Of a DNA stretch of 64,000 nucleotides, positions 56,266 through 64,000 are shown piece after piece. The stretch spans positions 8,618,001-8,682,000 of the forward strand of contig OZ231126.1 of NCBI GenBank assembly GCA_965153355.1. The letters run 5' to 3'. The first letter of the stretch is position 1, and every line of letters starts with the position of its first letter. A program made the position numbers and the translations under genes. Source of the DNA: Flaccisagitta enflata. Its lineage: Eukaryota. The notes beneath the pieces are model-generated. The model saw only the letters and a program-made list of their open reading frames with translations. It was not told where the DNA came from and did not search any database.

Positions 56266-57211
56266 TATGTAAGCCGTGGTTGCTATGACATCAACCTTGA
56301 TGTTCAGAGGATATTGGCATCGACAGTAAACACAAATCGTTACTACATTCGGCTGTGTCAATATACAAAAGGTCTTTTGATCAGCTCATCATCATCAGAG
56401 AGTATGAGGATACAAATTACGAAACATTAACATCCTTTTGAATTTCATAAATCTTCTAATTTTTTATTTTAGTGCTAATGAAGATTGCTAAAAATATATA
56501 TACTCCATCCAGTTTTGTAGATAATGAAAATCATGTATCTTTTAGAAAATTAAATTGTTTCATTTACTATTTCTTCTATGATGTAAACAACAGATTTTTT
56601 CCAGTTTTTTGGAATAAGCAATAAGATACTTTCATTCATTATCCATAATAAAGGAAAAATAAATAAGGATTTAGATAAAAACTGAAGATAAATAAAAAAT
56701 GGAAAAAATGGAATCTTAAAATTACATCCAAGACTAACGAAAATCTCTAAACAACTGATATGACTCATCTTCCAATTTTTAACTGACCCTGATTTATGTT
56801 CTCTGTGGTAACTGTGTTTGGGCGATGTCTGTTGGCCTGTTGGGCCATTAAAAAAGAAGCCAATACAGAATAAATGTAGCACAACTCGTGACTACAATGA
56901 CTGCAATGGCTGCAATGAAGCGAGGGTGCAATCACCTCGGCAGAATAAGCCTGAACTGTCAAACTATGTCAGCAGAGGGAAAACTTGGAATGCGTTGACA
57001 TTAGGGACGTGGAAACGGTCGTTTTTCATGCCGCTTCTACGGCTCCCGGCCTTCCGCTTCGATATTGTTGTTCAAATGTTAGTAGCTATCCCACCCACCG
57101 AAATGGAAGCGGTTCATCGCTTCCACATCCTTAGTTGACAAGACTGCAATGACATCTTTGACGCAATGCTTGCATAATCCGCCAATATCCTTATTTTCAT
57201 TGATGCAATTA

Positions 57212-57939
57212 CAGGGTGTTTCACATCAAATGATATATAAGAAAACGATGTTGTTCTGCTTCTAAAAATAAGACAACAATTCTGAAAATAGATTCATTGA
57301 GCTCTTAAGCTCCAATTTTTAGTTGCGGACACGCAACTCTATAAGAGGCTTTGTCCGTCCGTCTGTCTGTCCGTCGGTTGGTCGGTCGGTCCGTGAACAC
57401 GAGTCGAAAAATGTGAAAACGCGCATTTCCGCCCCTGCCCACCCGTCCGCAACTGGTATTGGCCGTGTATCCGGCCTTGTTTATGTAAAAATTTCATTGG
57501 TTTAAGTTAAGTAGTTTGGCCACAATATAGATATGAAGTAAAATGGATTTTTACAGTCAATGTGTTTTTCATCCAAGAAGTTTTTTTTTAAATCATTCTT
57601 ACATCTAAACAGTTCGAGCTACAGAGGCCAGATTGGACTCAAATGAAAGAAAATTAAGATATCTTCAATTTGAGACCAATCTGGCATTTGTAGCTCAAAC
57701 CGTTTGGACGTGAGAATGATTTGAAGAAAAACTTGCAGGATGAAAAAAACATTGAATGTAAATATTCATTTTATTTCAAATCTATATTGTGGCTAAACTC
57801 CTCAACTTAGACCAATGAAAGTTTTAAATGAAAAATTGGAGTTTAAGAGCTTTATGAATCTTTTTACAGAATTATTTTCTCGTTTTCAGAAGCAGAAAAA
57901 CATAGTTTTCTTATATATCATTTGATATGAAACACCTTG
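57212..57939. mobile_element. TA-flanked, fully palindromic (foldback) mariner-type MITE
   Basis: TA|CAGGGTGTTTCACATCAAATGATATATAAGAAAAC ... GTTTTCTTATATATCATTTGATATGAAACACCTTG|TA; the arms pair to a centre at about 57655. Confidence 0.85.
57317..57482 (+). mobile_element. HINE variant inserted in the left arm of the foldback MITE
   Basis: TTTTAGTTGCGGACACGCAACT...GTCCGCAACT...GGCCGTGTATCCGGCCTTGTT; absent from the mirrored arm. Confidence 0.85.
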
Positions 57940-58292
57940 TAGTTATTCTGAATAAATGGCAACTTACGGCTCCCACATGACGATTTTGATTCAGAGTTTA
58001 TTTTCTGTTTCATTTTCTTTTTGTTTCTTTCTTTGTTCGTGAGTCTCATCATTTATTCTTTCATACATTTATATATTTATTCGGTCATTTTTAGATGTAA
58101 TTCCCGGTTCTTTTTACGCTGTAATCCAAAATGTTGATCGTTTTTTTCATCTGAAAAAAAAGAGAGAAAGAGCATCAGGAAATGATTTTTTCGTCTCTAA
58201 TCCGAAATAATTCATCAAAAGATTAATATTCTGATTTTGAATAATCAGCATTTTTCTACCGTGTGAGAAAGAAACAGAGAGAAAGAGAGAGA

Positions 58293-58327
<35 letters not shown>

Positions 58328-58830
58328 CAAAAGGCAGACAGACGTTTAGTCAGACTATACGAAGAACAGTTTGGACGATACAGGGAAGAGAGAGCCAGAG
58401 CCAGAGGCGGAAGTACAAGAACGCATACAGACATTAAGAAAAAAGAGTTAAAGACCATTTCAAAAGTTTGCGAAAATAAAAGAGGCCGTTTTATATAACG
58501 ACATCAGCAGCGGCCGATGCCTCCAACCCCGCTGCCACTATCTCTGTCACCACCGCCGCCACCGCCACCACTGCTGCCACTTCCTCTGCCATCACCGCCA
58601 CCTAAGCATTTATGAGGGCTGATACTGCGGCCACAACTAATACTACCACCGCCACCACCATCGCCCCGACCATCGCCACCACCACACAGTCGACCAGAAT
58701 CATCACCCAGGCGAATGAAACACCCAACCACACCACCCAAACCACCTAACAGCTCTCAACACAGGTAGAGTGAACCAGATCTCCACCCAGGCGAATGAAC
58801 ACCCAACCGCACCATCCTAACGACCGATAA

Positions 58831-58998
58831 CCGCCACCGCCACCGCCACCGCCATCGCCACCGCCACCGCCACCGCCACCGCCACCACCACCGCCACCGC
58901 CATCACCATCGCCATCGCCATCGCCACCGCCACCGCCACCGCCACCGCCACCGCCACCGCCACCGCCACCGCCACCGCCAACGCCACCGCCAACGCCA
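58831..58998. repeat. (CCGCCA)n GC-rich microsatellite
   Basis: Direct reading. Confidence 0.9.
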
Positions 58999-59485
58999 CG
59001 GGGAAATGGAAACATCCGATTAAAACGTTGCGGCGAAGGAACAATAACAATAGAACATCAACTACTGAATAACGACTTGCAAAAACGATGAAGGTAGAAA
59101 AAAGAAGATGAAGGAAGGAAAGATGCCGTCGATAGAAATGAAGGCTCGTTTGTATGGCATACGCACTATGCAGCGTAACAGTCACTTTATAAAACGCCAA
59201 ATTCACCATGACCTCAATCCCTGCCCATGTCTACCCGGACCCAACTGAGGTGGCCGTGTATCGGGCCTCGCTCTCATTACCCATTACCAGTTTCCTGAGC
59301 GCTGTAATCTATTATCCATTGCCCGTCCTTCTTTGCCAGTATTCTCTTGTCTCTTGTCAGTTTCCTCAATGCTCAAGGCTTCCCTTGATAGTGGACAGAT
59401 ACCCGCCACCTATAATCTATTGCACTCAGTATAGTGTTGAGAAAAAGAACAGCGGAGGAGCGCGTAGATAAAAAAAAATGAGCGA

Positions 59486-59518
<33 letters not shown>

Positions 59519-59965
59519 AAAGAAGTAAAGGGGAAAAAGAAAAAGGAAATAAAGATGAAGGAAAGGGAAGAAATGCGGTTAGGCGTTAAAGAGAAGAGAG
59601 AAGCGCCAAAACATGTTTGCAATAACTTCAGGTTGCAAAGGCAAAGCCGCTTGGCTTCGTGCCAGCCTAAAATACACGCTCGCTGGTGCACTCAAACGCG
59701 TGCGCGCGATTGTAGGCCCGTGCCCATTGGGCCACACATTGGTAATCATGAATTCTCAAAAAATCAACACTGTTGTGCACAAAATTGCATGTAAGCTTCA
59801 GAGAGTGAACCACAACTGATGGACAGACAGACCGGACAAAACCGACCAGTAGAAATTAGGAAACTAACAAGGACAGGCAGGCAATTGGTCAAAAAAGTTA
59901 GATTTAAAGAAGGCAAAGATTGAATGGACTAAGGAATAAGTTGTCACACCCCATAATCTGGGGTG

Positions 59966-60259
59966 AGATTAAACCTCGGGGGTTGCTCGGGGCTGCTCAG
60001 GGTTGAACCCTGAGTAAACCCCGAGCAACCCAAGCTTGGGGTTTGCTCAGGGTTGCTCAGGGTTTGCTCGGGGTTGCTTGGGCTTTGCTTGGGGTTTGCT
60101 CGGGGTGGACAGAAATCCTTCAATCATTTACTAGAGACAATTCTGAGCCAACCCCGAGCCAACCCCAAGCAACCCCGAGCTGGGGTTTGCTCGAGGTTTG
60201 CTCGGGTTAGGCATGGGGTTGACTCGGGGTTAGCTCGGGTTTGGCTTGGGGTTTAATCT
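59966..60259. mobile_element. Palindromic element built of 10-11-bp GGGGTTTGCTC units in both orientations
   Basis: Ends AGATTAAACC / GGTTTAATCT; internal AACCCCGAGC versus GCTCGGGGTT. Confidence 0.55.
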
Positions 60260-60392
60260 TATGTTTTTCGGATACAGAATACGAGGTGTGTCGGTAACTT
60301 TCAGGACAACCAAGCAGATAGTATAGTACGGACAGAGACTCAATGGGTACCTGCTTCCACTCAAAACAGCATCAAAAGAGAGTCAGAGCAGA

Positions 60393-60966
60393 AAACAAGT
60401 CATCCAAGGATCGCACATGGTCAGCGGTACCCGATGCCCTGCTTTGAGTGATTAGCTGAAGAAGTGGAGTGAGAGCAGGGCAGCGGCCCCAAAGGGCCGA
60501 TGTCCTGTAGGACACAGGGGTGAACCGTTACGTCTGTCTGACATATTATTCAATGAGAATTTGAGGTCTGAGAAGCTGGATTTAGGGCCCAAGAGGCTGG
60601 ATTTGAGGCCCAAGAGGCTGGTTTTGAGGCCTAAGAGGCTGGATTTGAGGCCCAAGAGGCTGGATTTGAGGCCCGAGAGGCTAGATTTGAGGCCCGAGAG
60701 GCTGGATTTGAGGCCCAAGAAGCTGGATTTGAGGCCTGAGAGGCTGTATTTGAGGCCTGAGAGGCTGTATTTGAGGCCTGAGAGGCTTGATTTGAGGCCT
60801 GAGAGGCCAGAATTGAGACCTGAGAGGCCAGATTTGAGGCCTGAGAGGCTTGAGAAGCTTCGGAGGGGGGGGGACGTACGTACGTACGTACGTAATGTCA
60901 GACGGACGTAACGGTTCACCCCTGTGTCCTACAGGACATCGGCCCTTTGGGGCCGCTGCCCAAAAA
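60393..60966 (-). mobile_element. Family C element, full length, probably young
   Basis: Near-perfect subTIRs of about 60 bp (GGGCAGCGGCCCCAAAGGGCCGATGTCCTGTAGGACACAGGGGTGAACCGTTACGTC at 60478 and inverse ending 60961); about 14 units of the 21-bp repeat GGATTTGAGGCCYRAGAGGCT; external tail on one side only. Confidence 0.85.
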
Positions 60967-61396
60967 GGCACAAAGTCAGCCTATGAAATTCAGAAAGATG
61001 TCGATTGAAACAACTCAACACTTGACTCACTTTAGCTCACTAACTTTGACTCACTTTGGCTCAATTTCATTCACTTTGACTCATTTTGACTCTCTTTGAC
61101 TCATTCTGACTCTTTGCTGTCTCACCATCCACTCACTCTCTACTCACTTTAACTCACTTTGACTCTTTTTGACTCACTTTGACACTTTGCTGTCTAACCA
61201 CACACTCACTTTCCACTAAATTCAACTCACTTTGAATATCATTTGAAGAAAATTATTTACTAAAATAAGTCTTTCTTCAAAACTGATATATATTTCTAAC
61301 TTGTAAAATGCAAAAGAATAAATTCCTGTTAGGCTGATGCATCAACTAATATACATACAAATCCAATCTTAGGCTATGACCCCTAACTTTGCGTTT

Positions 61397-61621
61397 AAAC
61401 AAGGTCAACACCTATAAGTCGCGTGCGATACTTACATTTAGAATGACTTAGAATGAATTAGAATGACCTAAAATGACTAAGTATACTCTCATATGACCTA
61501 AAATGACCTAAAGAAATAAGATTGATAAAAAAAGTAAAGTGTGACCAACCAACCGACCAACCAACCAACCAGCGGACGGACTTGACAAAGCGGGTGTAGA
61601 GTCGCGTGCATGCAACTAAAA
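61397..61621 (-). mobile_element. HINE family A2
   Basis: AACAAGGTCAACACCTATAAGTCGCGTGCGA...(AGAATGACTT)-like repeats...AGTCGCGTGCATGCAACTAAAA. Confidence 0.8.
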
Positions 61622-61895
61622 GTAATTATTGAAAAACTCATGGATGTATTCTGTAAACAGTCATGAAGTCATTTGTTCTTACTCTTAGTTAATGATTCTT
61701 AATAACGATAGAAAATGAGACTCCAATGCTCCCTTCCTGTTAACTACTCCAATCTCCATGTAATCGCTTGTCCTTCTAATCTCTCGACCATGTTTTGGAA
61801 ACCGTGAATTCGTGAATTATGAAGATGTATGTTTCGGGTATAGATGTTACTTCTCCATGTAACTTGCCTTCATTTAAACATCCTTAAGTCTAGAT

Positions 61896-62119
61896 ATTTT
61901 TAGTCGCGTGCACGCGACTCTACATCCCGCTTTGTCTCTCCGCCCGTCCGTCCGTTGGTCGGTCTGTCAGACCGTTACACCTTTACTCTCTTTTATCAAT
62001 TCTATTTCTTTAACTCATTTAAAGTCATCAAAGAGTATACTGAGTCATTTTAAGTCATTCTAAGTCTTTCTAAGTCAATCTGTAAATCTCGCACGCGACT
62101 TATAGGTGTTGGCCTTGTT
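61896..62119 (+). mobile_element. HINE family A2, compact copy
   Basis: TTTTTAGTCGCGTGCACGCGACT...AAGTCATTCT repeats...GCACGCGACTTATAGGTGTTGGCCTTGTT. Confidence 0.85.
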
Positions 62120-63292
62120 CTCCTCCAATTAACTTGGATTTTTTTCTAAATATGGGAAAGTAAATTTTACCCTTCATGGTGACCTATCATCCCATGATAT
62201 ATCTTCTTTGAAGATGAATTCCCTTTCCTCCAATCACTAAGATTTCCCTTTAACAAACATTTAGTATAAATTGTCCAAAGTCCCACCCTTTTTGTTTAAT
62301 TGAGAGGAAGGGTAGCCACTAGGACGTCGACTCTAAGACTTTAAGAGACATCGAAGGGTATAGAATAATTGGAATATACTATCTAGAACATACAACAATT
62401 GATTATCCCAGTCAATGCCAGAAGTCAAAGCGCCAATTTTTATCCTCTAACCCAATAGCATATAAAAAGATTTTTTTTTTTTAATTGTAAGACAAAAGTC
62501 TTGTTTTCTGCATAAAAATTACTTATCCAAAGGTTTTAATATTCATTAACCACTAAAATTAGGTCGTACCTAAAATTGGATAGGTGAGTATATGAGTGGA
62601 AGCATATACTATCTGGAACAAAAGTATGTCGGCAAGATAAGATTCAGGTTGCCTATCCATTAAATCATTAAGAAAACATCAATGCAACACATGTGATACT
62701 TTCTTTGAGTCTTGTGGACATCAAAACATTTCATCAATTGCATTGATATGCTTTTTAGATGTATTTTGATAAGTAGAACAGCACGATCTCCTCTCATAGT
62801 GTGTGGTCCCTTCTCTGTAGCTGTCTCCATAACACTATCTAACATGACACCGGGTTAAGAGGGCGTAAGGATGTGACATGACTACCCTTTGGCATCACAT
62901 AAGCAGTAAAAATTATCTAAAATAGCTGAAAAATATTGTTTAGTCAAGTGTGGTGACTGACAGGAAATAAAAAGCAATTTTTCTGCCATTTTGCTTTTGG
63001 AGTAGCAATCTTGTTTTACTTGTAATTTCTAAACAAATTGAGATAGAAGAACGCGGTTGGTGGCATTAGCTCAGAAATTTGATGTAGTTATTAATCTCAC
63101 TGATTTGCTATAGAATTTCTTGCTTCACAGAGACATGGTCCATACGCATTGCCGACAAACATATGTTCTAGATAGTAATTACATATGAAATATGCACTTT
63201 AATGCATTAATATTTTAGATTTTCAGTGATTTTGAAAAACATTTTTCTTCAAAAATTTTTTGTAAGATACTTTTGTTGCATTATCATCATCT

Positions 63293-63497
63293 TTGTTGTT
63301 GTTGTTGTTGTTGTTGTTGGTTGTTGCTGCTGGTTGTTGTTGTTACGTTGTTGCTGGTTGCTGCTGTTGTTGCTGTTGCTGTTGTTGTTGTTGTTGGTTA
63401 GTTGCTTGTCGCCGCCGTCGTCGTCGTCGCCGTCGTCGTCGTCGTTGTTGCTGCGGTTGCTGTTGCTGTTGTTGTTGTTGTTGCTGTTGTTGTTGTT

Positions 63498-63534
<37 letters not shown>

Positions 63535-63553
63535 TTGTTGTTGTTGTTGTTGT
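63293..63553. repeat. (GTT/GTC/GCT)n compound trinucleotide tract
   Basis: Direct reading. Confidence 0.9.
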
Positions 63554-63641
63554 CATCTCAGATTTTTCGTCCCACTTTGTCCTCCATTTGTATTCCTTTG
63601 GCGTATTTCGTTCTTCAGGCGTTGAAGTTGGCGTGAGGGTC

Positions 63642-64000
63642 GAGAGTGAGAGAGAGTCAGAGTCAAAGTGAGTAGAGAGTGAGTGTGAGGTGAGACAGCA
63701 AAGAGTCAGAGAGAGTCACAGTCAGAGTGAGTAGAGAGTGAGTGTGTGGTGAGACAGCAAAGAGTCAGAGAGAGTCAGAGTCAAAGTGAGTAGAGAGTGA
63801 GTGTGTGGTGAGACAGCAAAGAGTCAGAGAGAGTCAGAGTCAAAGTGAGTAGAGAGTGAGTGTGTGGTGAGACAGCAAAGAGTCAGAGAGAGTCAGAGTC
63901 AAAGTGAGTAGAGAGTGAGGGTGAGGTGAGACAGCAAAGAGTCAGAGAGAGTCAGAGTCAAAGTGAGTAGAGAGTGAGTGTGTGGTTAGACCGCGAAGAG
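63642..64000. repeat. 59-bp tandem repeat, about 6 copies, running off the window end
   Basis: GTCAAAGTGAGTAGAGAGTGAGTGTGTGGTGAGACAGCAAAGAGTCAGAGAGAGTCAGA with period 59. Confidence 0.95.

Noticed and set aside
61397..62119. Apparent 720-bp element with long TIRs
   Set aside because: Better explained as two independent HINE A2 copies in opposite orientation.

Overview
Repeat-dense eukaryotic genomic DNA, most likely from an invertebrate animal; I cannot name the species from sequence alone. I see no prokaryotic operons, rRNA/tRNA genes or CRISPR arrays. Only two convincing host coding regions are present, both on the minus strand with no intron visible in the coding part. Both encode signal-peptide-bearing, low-complexity acidic repeat proteins: 4103-5746 (547 aa) and 9869-11886 (about 672 aa once a single 1-bp frameshift near 11156 is bridged). 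The rest is microsatellites plus many non-autonomous mobile elements. These include at least three Helentron-associated (HINE/DINE-1-like) families, TA-flanked Tc1/mariner-type MITEs that share one internal motif, a PIF/Harbinger-type MITE family, and one 5'-truncated L2/Crack-like LINE. The most striking structures are two deep transposon nests in which tandem arrays appear to arise from mobile elements. At 22880-26722 a HINE is inflated about 10-fold by 10-bp repeats. At 30512-34403 an 82/90-bp higher-order satellite is built from the end of a Harbinger MITE and then invaded by a LINE, a MITE and a mini-HINE in turn. Most ORFs in the supplied track are microsatellite or antisense artefacts. 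Element boundaries were read by eye and may be off by a few bases; family assignments rest on structure, not database searches.
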